A stretch of DNA of 24,000 nucleotides from Leucobacter chromiireducens subsp. chromiireducens (GTDB lineage: Bacteria > Actinomycetota > Actinomycetes > Actinomycetales > Microbacteriaceae), in contig NZ_QYAD01000001.1 of NCBI RefSeq assembly GCF_016758255.1, forward strand, positions 1,127,171-1,151,170, given 5' to 3'. The notes under the pieces were generated by a model. That model saw only the letters and a list, made by a program, of their open reading frames with translations. It did not search any database and was not told where the DNA came from. Both the position numbers and the translations under genes were made by a program. This document shows positions 7,006 to 14,849 of the stretch, in pieces. Each line of letters opens with the position of its first letter. The first letter of the stretch is position 1.

Positions 7006-8676
7006 ATGACGAATTCGCGGGAGCAGACACCCATTGATCGCATCGCAGAGGTGTGGGTTGACACCCTCGTTGCGCACGATCCGACGATTGGCACGTACAT
7101 CGGCCGCGCGGGCGGCGGACTGCCTGATTACTCGCCCGAGGGGGCTGAAAGGTTCGCGGATGCGCAGCGAGCCACGCTCGCCGAGCTCCAGGCGGCGACG
7201 CCCGTCGATTCCGTCGACGCGGTTACGCAGGCGGACCTGAGCTCGGAGCTCACCCTGGGCCTCGCGCAGCATGCCGCGGGAGAAGCGCTCCGAGACCTCA
7301 ACGTCATCGAGTCGCCGCTGCAACAGATCCGCGACAGCTTCGATCTGATGCCGACCGCAAGCGACGCAGAATGGGGCGACATTGGCGAGCGGCTGCGCGC
7401 CATTCCCGCCGCGCTCGCCGGGTACCGCGCGGCCCTCGGCGCCGGAGCGGCGCAGGGGCTCGCCCCGGCCCTCCGTCAGGTCACCGAGGTTGCTGCGCAG
7501 ACGCGCCGCACCGCCGGCACGCCCGCGACTCCCGGCTTTTTCGGGCAACTGGTTGCGGGCCGTGGCGAGGAGCTCGAGGCCGCTGCTGCAGCCGCCTCTG
7601 CTGCGTATGCCGAGACGGCCGACTACCTGGAGCGTGAGCTTGCGCCCGTCGCGCCAACCACAGACGCGTTCGGGCGGGAGCGCTACGAGCTCGCATCCGA
7701 GGCGTTCCTCGGGGCGAAAGTCGACCTCGACGAGACCTACGAGTGGGGGATCGAGGAGCTCGCGCGCATGGTCGACGAGCAGGAGCGTATTGCTGCTGAG
7801 ATCACGGGCGGCGCGCGCCACCCCGGTGTGGTCGCCGAAGCGATTGCGCAACTCGAGCGCGACGAGAGCCGCAAGTTGCACGGCACCGAGGCCCTGCAAC
7901 GGTGGATGCAAGAGACGAGCGATCGCGCCGTCGCTGAGCTGGGGGCAACGCAGTTCGACATCCCGGAGGAGATCCGTGCGCTCGAGTGCATGATCGCACC
8001 GACGCAGGAGGGCGGGATCTACTACACCGGGCCGAGCGACGACTTCTCCCGTCCTGGCCGCATGTGGTGGTCGGTTCCCGAGGGAGTCACCGAGTTCGAC
8101 ACCTGGCGCGAGCTCACCACGGTCTATCACGAGGGGGTTCCCGGTCATCACCTGCAGATCGGTCAGGCGGTCGTGAATCGGGGTGTGCTCAACGAGTGGC
8201 GCCGACAGCTCGCGGGGAGCTCGGGGCATGCCGAAGGCTGGGCGCTCTACGCGGAGCGGCTCATGGAGCAGCTGGGCTATCTCGATGATCCGGCGGATCG
8301 CCTCGGCATGCTCGACGGTCAGCGCATGCGTGCGGCCCGCGTGGTGCTCGACATTGGCGTGCACCTCGGCAAGCCGCACCCCGATGGTGGGACCTGGGAT
8401 GGCGACGCCGCGTTCGCCTTCATGGCGCAGCACGTCAACATGAACGACAGCTTTGTTCGCTTCGAGGTGCTCCGCTACCTCGGTTGGGCGGGCCAAGCCC
8501 CCTCCTACAAGGTGGGTCAGCGCATCTGGGAGCAGCTGCGCGATGAGGCTGCGATGCGCGCGTCGACCGCCGGCCGCGACTTCGATGTGCGCGATTTCCA
8601 CCGCGAGGCGCTCGCGCTGGGCGGTGTGCGGCTCGACACGCTCGAGCGCGCGCTGCGCGGCGGGCCCAGCGCGTGA
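7006..8676 (+). CDS. DUF885 domain-containing protein (zincin-like putative metallopeptidase fold)
   Basis: 556 aa. The family motif YHEGVPGHHLQ and the following region (SSGHAEGWALYAERLM) match what I recall for DUF885. GGAG lies 4 nt before ATG 7006. Confidence 0.85.
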   Translation: MTNSREQTPIDRIAEVWVDTLVAHDPTIGTYIGRAGGGLPDYSPEGAERFADAQRATLAELQAATPVDSVDAVTQADLSSELTLGLAQHAAGEALRDLNVIESPLQQIRDSFDLMPTASDAEWGDIGERLRAIPAALAGYRAALGAGAAQGLAPALRQVTEVAAQTRRTAGTPATPGFFGQLVAGRGEELEAAAAAASAAYAETADYLERELAPVAPTTDAFGRERYELASEAFLGAKVDLDETYEWGIEELARMVDEQERIAAEITGGARHPGVVAEAIAQLERDESRKLHGTEALQRWMQETSDRAVAELGATQFDIPEEIRALECMIAPTQEGGIYYTGPSDDFSRPGRMWWSVPEGVTEFDTWRELTTVYHEGVPGHHLQIGQAVVNRGVLNEWRRQLAGSSGHAEGWALYAERLMEQLGYLDDPADRLGMLDGQRMRAARVVLDIGVHLGKPHPDGGTWDGDAAFAFMAQHVNMNDSFVRFEVLRYLGWAGQAPSYKVGQRIWEQLRDEAAMRASTAGRDFDVRDFHREALALGGVRLDTLERALRGGPSA

Positions 8677-9077
8677 GCACCGCCGCAGCAGGGCCCTCCG
8701 GGGAACATTTCTGCCCCTGCGGGAGCGGCGAGAGCTACGCAGCGTGCTGCGGTGCGCTGCACGCCGGGGCGCCCGCGCCGAGCCCCGAACGATTGATGCG
8801 CTCGCGATTCTCAGCGTTTGCGCTGGGCCTCACCGACTACCTGCTCGAGAGTTGGGATCCTGCCACCCGACCAGACGAACTTGAGCTCGACGACACGGTT
8901 GAGTGGCGGCGGCTCTTCATTTCGGACACGAGCCGCGGTGGCCCCGGTGACGCGGAGGGCTTCGTGACCTTCACCGCGATTGGCCGTGGCGTCGAGGGAC
9001 GATTCGAGCAGCGGGAGCGAAGCCGGTTCACGCGTGCCGGCGCTGGCTGGCGCTACACGGACGGCGAGGAAATCTAA
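8673..9077 (+). CDS. YchJ-family (UPF0225) protein with N-terminal SEC-C metal-binding motif
   Basis: CPCGSGESYAACCG SEC-C motif near the N-terminus. 134 aa. GTG 8673 overlaps the DUF885 stop (GTGA), suggesting translational coupling. Confidence 0.8.
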   Translation: MSTAAAGPSGEHFCPCGSGESYAACCGALHAGAPAPSPERLMRSRFSAFALGLTDYLLESWDPATRPDELELDDTVEWRRLFISDTSRGGPGDAEGFVTFTAIGRGVEGRFEQRERSRFTRAGAGWRYTDGEEI

Positions 9078-9107
9078 CCGGGCAGGCCCGTCACCCCGCG
9101 ACAACAA

Positions 9108-9137
9108 CCCCTCAGCCGGATTTCCGCGGCTGAGGGG
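9108..9137. terminator. Hairpin between convergent ychJ-like and aminopeptidase genes
   Basis: Perfect 11-bp stem CCCCTCAGCCG / CGGCTGAGGGG with an 8-nt loop. The outer TCACCCC/GGGGTGA segments can extend the pairing. TTGTTGTC follows on the minus-strand reading. Confidence 0.6.
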
Positions 9138-9166
9138 TGACCGCGAGGTGGGACGCCGCCGGGCGG

Positions 9167-10546
9167 CTACGACTGCGCGCTGCGGATCCAGGCCTCGACG
9201 TCGTCCGCGGTGCGCGGGATCTCCGACGAAAGGTTCACGCAGCCGTCCTCCGTCACGAGGATGTCGTCTTCGATGCGCACGCCGATTCCGCGGTACTCCG
9301 CGGGCACGGTGAGGTCGTCCGGCTGGAAGTAGAGACCCGGCTCGATTGTGAAGATCATGCCCGGCTCGAGGATGCCGTCCATGTACATCTCGCGGCGCGC
9401 CTGTGCGCAGTCGTGGACGTCCATGCCAAGGTGGTGACTCGTGCCGTGCACCATGTAGCGGCGGTAGTACGCCGTGCCGTCGTCCTCGGGGAGCAGCCCC
9501 CACTCGCGCGTGCGCGCCTCGATGACCTGCATCGCCGCGTCGTGCACATCGCCGAAGCGGATGCCGGGGCGCACAATCGCACGCGCTGCATCGGCAGCTT
9601 CAAGCACCGCGTCGTACACACGACGCTGCACCTCGGAGAACGTACCGGAGACCGGAACCGTACGGGTGATGTCCGCCGTGTACAGGCTGTCGAGCTCGAC
9701 GCCGGCGTCGAGCAGCAGCAGGTCACCCGCGCGCACCGGCCCATCGTTGCGGATCCAGTGCAGGGTGCACGCGTGCGGACCCGAGGCCGCGATCGTCTCG
9801 TAGCCGACGGTGTTGCCGTCGAGGCGTGCGCGCTGATTGAAGACGCCCTCGACGATGCGCTCGCCGCGCGGGTGCGCGCTCGCCTGCGGCAGTGCGGCAA
9901 GGACCTCCGTAAAGCCCTGCGCGGTTGCGTCTACCGCGGCCTGCATCTCTGCGATCTCGTACGCGTCCTTCACGAGCCGCAGCTCGGAGGCTGCACGCGC
10001 AAGATCGGCATCCTCAAGCGTGCGGTCGCCCGCGGCGGCTGCGAACTCAGCGAGGTGTGCCGTGCGGACGCCCAGCGCCGAAGCGACCTGGCCGAGCGAG
10101 GGGCGCGGCCCAATCCAGAACTCCCCGATCTCGGGGTTCGCGAAGAACTCGTCGCTGTCGCGTCCCGCACGTTCGCGGAAGTACAGTGTGGCCTCGTGCG
10201 ACTCGCCTGCGGGATCGAGCACCAGGACTGCGCCCGGCTCGCTCTCCGCGCCCCACCCCGTCAGGTGCGCGAACGCGCTGTGGGCGCGGAACGGGTAGAA
10301 CGTGTCGTTTGACCGCTGCTTCATCGCGCCGGCCGCAATCACGAGACGCTCGCCCGGGAAGAGCGCGCCGAGCACGCGGCGACGCGTCGCGGCGTGCGCG
10401 GCGACGGGCAGCTCCTCCGGCAGTTCCTCGGGGCGCTCGGCCCAGTGCTGCGAAATGTAATCCGCAAATGTGCTCGTCTGCGGAGTAGTGCTCCGGTTGC
10501 TGTTGTCGATCTCCACCTCGTGAGTGGTCTGCGCGCTCTCAGTCAT
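9167..10546 (-). CDS. pepP: Xaa-Pro aminopeptidase (aminopeptidase P, peptidase family M24B)
   Basis: 459 aa with an N-terminal AMP_N-like domain. M24 metal-ligand motifs are present: DAGVELDSLYTADITRT, HGTSHHLGMDVHD, TIEPGLYF, GVRIEDD. SD GAGGATGGGGG lies upstream of the ATG at 10546. Confidence 0.9.
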   Translation of the reverse strand: MTESAQTTHEVEIDNSNRSTTPQTSTFADYISQHWAERPEELPEELPVAAHAATRRRVLGALFPGERLVIAAGAMKQRSNDTFYPFRAHSAFAHLTGWGAESEPGAVLVLDPAGESHEATLYFRERAGRDSDEFFANPEIGEFWIGPRPSLGQVASALGVRTAHLAEFAAAAGDRTLEDADLARAASELRLVKDAYEIAEMQAAVDATAQGFTEVLAALPQASAHPRGERIVEGVFNQRARLDGNTVGYETIAASGPHACTLHWIRNDGPVRAGDLLLLDAGVELDSLYTADITRTVPVSGTFSEVQRRVYDAVLEAADAARAIVRPGIRFGDVHDAAMQVIEARTREWGLLPEDDGTAYYRRYMVHGTSHHLGMDVHDCAQARREMYMDGILEPGMIFTIEPGLYFQPDDLTVPAEYRGIGVRIEDDILVTEDGCVNLSSEIPRTADDVEAWIRSAQS

Positions 10547-10668
10547 ACCCCCATCCTCTCACCCCGGGCTGAACGCTGGCACCCCTCTGGCATGCGCTCA
10601 GCACCGCGGAGTATCGTCTGGATTGGGCGGTGATCCCGCCCACACCCAACGGAATGGAGCACGTGAAT

Positions 10669-11421
10669 ATGGCTACGTATGATGTTGCGGATCGTTCGGC
10701 GATCGTCACCGGCGCAGGTTCTGGCATTGGGCGCGCGGTTGCGCTGCTGCTCGCCGAGAATGGTGCCCAGGTTGTCGTCCAGGATCTCTCGGAGGACGCC
10801 GCGAACGCGGTTGTCGCTGAGATCACGGACGCGGGTGGCACCGCGGTCGCGGTAGTTGGCGACGCCGGGTCGACGGAGGTGATTGATGCGGCAGTCCGCG
10901 CCGCGGAGAAGCTCGCGCCGCTTCGCATCGGCGTGAACAATGCGGGAATCGGCGGCGCCGTCGCACCGACCGCGGCGTACACCGATGATGACTGGCAGCG
11001 GGTCATCGACATCAATCTCTCCGCGGTGTTCCGCGGAACGCGCGCGCAGATCACGCAAATGCAGGCCAACGGCGGTGGCGCAATCGTCAACCTGGCGTCG
11101 ATCTTGGGCAGCGTCGGCAGCGCGTACTCGCCCGCGTACGTGGCGAGCAAGCACGCTGTCGTTGGCCTCACGAAGACTGCGGCGCTGGAGAACGCGGCGA
11201 CGGGCGTACGGGTCAACTCAGTAGGTCCGGGCTACATTGATACTCCGCTCCTCAAGAATGCCGACGACGCGGCGCGGGCGGCGCTGATTGCGAAGCACCC
11301 CATGGGACGACTGGGTCGTGCCGAGGAGGTCGCACAGCTTGTCGTCTTCCTCGCGAGTGATGCCGCCTCGTTCGTCACGGGCAGCTACCACCTCGTTGAC
11401 GGTGGGTACACCGCGCCGTAG
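10669..11421 (+). CDS. SDR-family oxidoreductase (FabG-like short-chain dehydrogenase)
   Basis: TGAGSGIGRA cofactor motif, NNAGI, catalytic Y-x3-K (YVASKHA), PGYIDTP. I prefer ATG 10669 (GGAG 8 nt upstream) to the track start at 10630. Confidence 0.9.
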   Translation: MATYDVADRSAIVTGAGSGIGRAVALLLAENGAQVVVQDLSEDAANAVVAEITDAGGTAVAVVGDAGSTEVIDAAVRAAEKLAPLRIGVNNAGIGGAVAPTAAYTDDDWQRVIDINLSAVFRGTRAQITQMQANGGGAIVNLASILGSVGSAYSPAYVASKHAVVGLTKTAALENAATGVRVNSVGPGYIDTPLLKNADDAARAALIAKHPMGRLGRAEEVAQLVVFLASDAASFVTGSYHLVDGGYTAP

Positions 11422-11450
11422 TGGCGACCGAGACCTCCTAGAATGAGGAA

Positions 11451-12293
11451 ATGACCGGGACCGCTGGCTACGACCTGCACACACACTCCGTGCACTCGGA
11501 TGGCACCACGACACCAGCGGAGATTGCGCGCGAAGCCGCCAGTTTGCAGCTCGGCGGCTTCGCGCTCACCGACCACGACACCGTCTCCGGGTGGGATGAG
11601 GCGCGGGCGGCGGCGGCGCAGCACGGCATCGACTTCCTGCCAGGCATGGAGATCACTACCGAGCACGCCGGGCGGTCCCGGCACCTCCTCGCCTACGGCA
11701 TCGATCTCGCAGCAGCCGAACTCTTCGAGGCTCTCGCGCTCGTGCGCAGTGCCCGCCTGGAACGGGCGAGAGAGATGGTGCGCCGAGTGGCCCGCGACTA
11801 CCGGATCAGCTGGGAGGACGTTGTCGGTGCCGAGAACGAGCGCACGGTCGGGCGACCGCACATTGCCGATGCGCTCGTGGCTGCGGGCTACTTCGCGGAC
11901 CGCAGCACTGCGTTCGAGCGCGTACTGTTTCCGGGCTCACCGTACTATCTCGGCACCTACGCGATTGCCACGCGTGACGCGATCCGCATGGTGCGCGCTG
12001 CCGGGGGCCGGGCCGTTCTGGCGCACCCCGCCGCGATGCGCCAGCGTCGCCCGACAGACCCGATCGAGCTCGCAGAGCTCGCCGAAGCCGGGCTCTGGGG
12101 CGTGGAACTCGATCACCCGGAGCACCGGGCGGAGTGGGTGCCGCCCCTCACCGAGGCAGCCGAGCGACTCGGCCTGGAACGCACCGGAGCCAGCGACTTT
12201 CACGGCGCAGGGAAGCCCAACAGGCTGGGGGAGCGCACGACGCCCGCCGCGGTCGTGGCGCGCTTGCGCGTTGGCCTCGCAACGCCCCGCTGA
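11451..12293 (+). CDS. PHP-domain metal-dependent phosphoesterase (YciV/TrpH-like)
   Basis: N-terminal YDLHTHSVHSDGT PHP signature, later AHP and SDFHG motifs. 280 aa. GAGGAA SD before the ATG. Confidence 0.85.
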   Translation: MTGTAGYDLHTHSVHSDGTTTPAEIAREAASLQLGGFALTDHDTVSGWDEARAAAAQHGIDFLPGMEITTEHAGRSRHLLAYGIDLAAAELFEALALVRSARLERAREMVRRVARDYRISWEDVVGAENERTVGRPHIADALVAAGYFADRSTAFERVLFPGSPYYLGTYAIATRDAIRMVRAAGGRAVLAHPAAMRQRRPTDPIELAELAEAGLWGVELDHPEHRAEWVPPLTEAAERLGLERTGASDFHGAGKPNRLGERTTPAAVVARLRVGLATPR

Positions 12294-12317
12294 TCCTCGA
12301 GCGTGCGGCGGAAAAAA

Positions 12318-12361
12318 CACTCGGGGCCCGGGATCACGTCTGTGATCCCGGGCCCCGAGTG
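12318..12361. terminator. Intrinsic terminator hairpin (canonical for the minus-strand helicase gene, shared with the PHP gene)
   Basis: Perfect 20-bp stem CACTCGGGGCCCGGGATCAC / GTGATCCCGGGCCCCGAGTG with a 4-nt loop. On the minus strand it is followed by TTTTTT (complement of A-run 12312-12317). Confidence 0.8.
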
Positions 12362-12373
12362 CGTGGCGTCTGC

Positions 12374-13909
12374 CTAGGCCGCGGGAGCCTCGCCGGCGGG
12401 AGCCGAGCCACCCTCGGTGGCGTTGCTCGTGCCATCGGTTGCCGCCCCCTCGGCACCGCGGCCGGAACCACCCCGGCGGCGGCGACGACGACGACGCGGT
12501 GCGGCATCGCCCTCAGCCTGCAGCGGGGCACCGGGCTCGCCGCCACCATCCGCGTCGTGGCCGTGCTGCTCGTGGCCGTGGCTCTCGTGACGGCCGGGGC
12601 CCTGCGGGTTCGAGTCGCGCGTGCGACGGCGCGTGCGCGAGCCATCGCTCGTACGCTCACCGGAACGCTCGCCGCGCCCGCTCGAAGCGCTACGACCGCC
12701 GGCCGGCCGCTCCTTCACAGGGGTCGCCTTCAGGCGTCCCTTCGAACCCTCGGGGATGTTCAGGTCGCTGAACAGGTGTGGCGACGACGAGTACGTCTCG
12801 ATCGGCTCCGGCACGCCGAACTCGAGCGCCTTGTTGATCAGCGCCCACTTGTGGAGATCATCCCAGTCGACAAACGTGACGGCGATGCCCGATCGGCCTG
12901 CACGGCCCGTGCGGCCCACACGGTGGAGATAGGTCTTCTCCTCGTCGGGCACGGTGTGGTTGATCACGTGCGTCACGTCGTCGACGTCGATGCCGCGGGC
13001 AGCGACGTCGGTAGCGATGAGGATGTCCTTCTTGCCGCTCTTGAACGCCGCCATGGCGCGCTCGCGCTGCTCCTGGTTGAGGTCGCCGTGCACCGAGGCC
13101 GCGTTGAAGCCGCGGTCCACGAGCTCCTCCTGCAGCTTCGCCGCCGCGCGCTTCGTGCGCATGAAGATGACGGTCTTCCCGCGGCCCTCGGCCTGCAGAA
13201 TGCGGCCGATCACCTCATCCTTGTCGAGCGAGTGCGCGCGGTAGATGATGTGCTCGATGTTCGCCTGCGCGGCGCCCTCATCGGGATCCGTCGCGCGAAT
13301 GTGCACGGGGTTCGACATGAAGCGGCGCGCCAGCGTCACGATGGTGCCCGGCATGGTCGCCGAGAACAGCATGGTGTGACGGATCGCGGGAATCTTCGAG
13401 AACAGCTTCTCAATGTCGGCGAGGAAGCCGAGGTCGAGCATCTTGTCGGCCTCGTCGAGCACCATCTCGCGTACCTGCGAGAGGTTGAGGATGCGCTGGT
13501 TCGAGAGGTCGAGCAGGCGGCCCGGGGTGCCGACGACAATCTGAGCGCCCGCCTTGAGCTGCTCGATCTGGCCCTCGTATGCCTTGCCACCGTAGATCGA
13601 GACGACGGTTGCATCGCGGCCCTGCGCAGCGAGCTGGAGGTCCTCGGTCACCTGGACGGCGAGCTCACGCGTGGGCACCACGATGAGGGCCTGCACGCCG
13701 GGCTCGGGGGAGGCGCCCACACGCTGCAGCAGCGGCAGACCGAAGCCGAAGGTCTTGCCGGTGCCGGTCTTCGCCTGGCCAATGATGTCCTGCCCGGTCA
13801 GCGCGAGCGGGATGGTCTGCTCCTGGATCGGGAAAGCATCAATGATGCCCTTGCCGGCCAGCGCGTCGACCATGTCTTGGTCGATGCCGAGTTCGAGAAA
13901 AGTCGTCAC
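12374..13909 (-). CDS. rhlE: DEAD-box ATP-dependent RNA helicase with Arg/Gly/His-rich C-terminal tail (RhlE-like)
   Basis: Q-motif region, AKTGTGKT, PTRELA, DEAD (LDEADKMLDLGF), SAT, HRVGRTGRAG. 511 aa. GTG start 13909 with GAAGGA upstream. The symbol is assigned by synteny with the DUF3107 and ferritin-like genes, as around mycobacterial rhlE. Confidence 0.9.
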   Translation of the reverse strand: MTTFLELGIDQDMVDALAGKGIIDAFPIQEQTIPLALTGQDIIGQAKTGTGKTFGFGLPLLQRVGASPEPGVQALIVVPTRELAVQVTEDLQLAAQGRDATVVSIYGGKAYEGQIEQLKAGAQIVVGTPGRLLDLSNQRILNLSQVREMVLDEADKMLDLGFLADIEKLFSKIPAIRHTMLFSATMPGTIVTLARRFMSNPVHIRATDPDEGAAQANIEHIIYRAHSLDKDEVIGRILQAEGRGKTVIFMRTKRAAAKLQEELVDRGFNAASVHGDLNQEQRERAMAAFKSGKKDILIATDVAARGIDVDDVTHVINHTVPDEEKTYLHRVGRTGRAGRSGIAVTFVDWDDLHKWALINKALEFGVPEPIETYSSSPHLFSDLNIPEGSKGRLKATPVKERPAGGRSASSGRGERSGERTSDGSRTRRRTRDSNPQGPGRHESHGHEQHGHDADGGGEPGAPLQAEGDAAPRRRRRRRRGGSGRGAEGAATDGTSNATEGGSAPAGEAPAA

Positions 13910-14005
13910 GGGTGCGTCCTTCGGGGGTGCGGTGCTGCGCGGTGATACCGAAGAGCGCAGCGGCCGGCGCTCCTGCGTCGCCGGCGGTGAATACGTACAA
14001 CGACC

Positions 14006-14011
14006 AGTCTA
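14006..14011 (-). promoter_or_regulatory. -10-like hexamer TAGACT upstream of the DEAD-box helicase gene
   Basis: The reverse complement of AGTCTA is TAGACT, about 95 nt upstream of GTG 13909. This would give a long GC-rich leader. Motif inspection only. Confidence 0.25.
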
Positions 14012-14115
14012 TTCCCGCGCGCGGAGTACGGCGGGGAGCGTTGCCGCGGTTCGTTTCGACCGGGATCGCTCGCGCGCACGCGCCGGGCATGCGCGCGTGG
14101 CGATCGCTGCGGCGC

Positions 14116-14121
14116 TAAGCT
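14116..14121 (+). promoter_or_regulatory. -10-like hexamer TAAGCT placed 6 nt before the GTG start (leaderless-type promoter)
   Basis: TAAGCT-GTCAGA-GTG(14128). There is no SD-like purine run upstream. The spacing matches actinobacterial leaderless transcripts. Confidence 0.35.
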
Positions 14122-14127
14122 GTCAGA

Positions 14128-14847
14128 GTGTTCGAGTGGATCCGTGGGCTGCGCAGGAAAAATGCCCCTGCCCGAAAGCTGCGCTCGCGCGGCGAGGGGG
14201 CCGACACGGAGCGTGTCGAGCTCGCCGAGCTCGCGCCCGGCATTCTGCCCTTCCTGGGGCTGACCGCCTACCTGCAGCTCGAACTCTACGAAGCAGCGAC
14301 GCGCGCCGTCTCCGGCGCCCCAACGCTCGAGGCGAAGAACGTGCTCGCGGAGATCGCGGGGCAGACGCTCTCGAAGCACCAGCTGCTCACCGCGGAGATC
14401 CGCGATCGCGGACACGAACCGCACGTGGTGATGGCTCCGTTCTCGCCGGTCATCGACTCGTACGTTGAGCGCATTGACACGCCCGACTGGCATCAGCACG
14501 TGCTTTCGCTCTACCTCGTCGGTGGCCTCTTCGATGACTTCTTCGCGAGCCTCGCAGAGGGGCTTCGCGACAGCTACAAGTCGGAGGCGATCCGCATTCT
14601 GCGCAACGACGCAGGCCGGGCCGAGCTGAAGGCGCTGCTTGAGGCGGCGCTCGAGGCGGATTCGGGGCTGTCGAGTTGGCTCGCGCTGTGGGGGCGCCGC
14701 CTGGTCGGTGACACCCTGCTCGTCGCCCGCGCCGTGCTCACACTCAGCGAACGGCGCGAGTTCGACGCGAGCGAAATGGAGCCCGTCTTCACCGAGCTCA
14801 TCGCCGATCACATCCGCCGCATGGACGGCCTCGGCCTCACCGCCTGA
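14128..14847 (+). CDS. Ferritin-like fold-containing protein (conserved actinobacterial hypothetical)
   Basis: 239 aa, all-helical-looking (LTAYLQLELYEAATRA..., LSLYLVGGLFDDFFASLAEGL). It is the divergent neighbour of the DEAD-box helicase, as in other actinobacteria. The gene call is solid; the function label comes from memory of the family name. Confidence 0.7.
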   Translation: MFEWIRGLRRKNAPARKLRSRGEGADTERVELAELAPGILPFLGLTAYLQLELYEAATRAVSGAPTLEAKNVLAEIAGQTLSKHQLLTAEIRDRGHEPHVVMAPFSPVIDSYVERIDTPDWHQHVLSLYLVGGLFDDFFASLAEGLRDSYKSEAIRILRNDAGRAELKALLEAALEADSGLSSWLALWGRRLVGDTLLVARAVLTLSERREFDASEMEPVFTELIADHIRRMDGLGLTA

Positions 14848-14849
14848 TC

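Noticed and set aside
6937-8601. 554-aa minus-strand ORF opposite the DUF885 gene
   Set aside because: It is a shadow frame of a motif-bearing + strand gene. The composition is skewed and it has no family signature or RBS.
9137-10312. 391-aa plus-strand ORF opposite the aminopeptidase P gene
   Set aside because: It lies antisense to a gene with the full set of M24B motifs. The translation is Arg/Val/Ala/Asp-rich with no motifs.
10539-11216. Two overlapping minus-strand ORFs (225 and 203 aa) opposite the SDR gene
   Set aside because: The + strand frame carries the TGxxxGxG, NNAG and YxxxK motifs. The minus frames are shadows and also run across the divergent promoter region.
12134-13945. 603-aa plus-strand ORF covering the PHP 3' end, the terminator hairpin and the whole helicase gene
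   Set aside because: It crosses a perfect 20-bp terminator hairpin and lies antisense to a DEAD-box gene with all canonical motifs. It has no recognisable domains.
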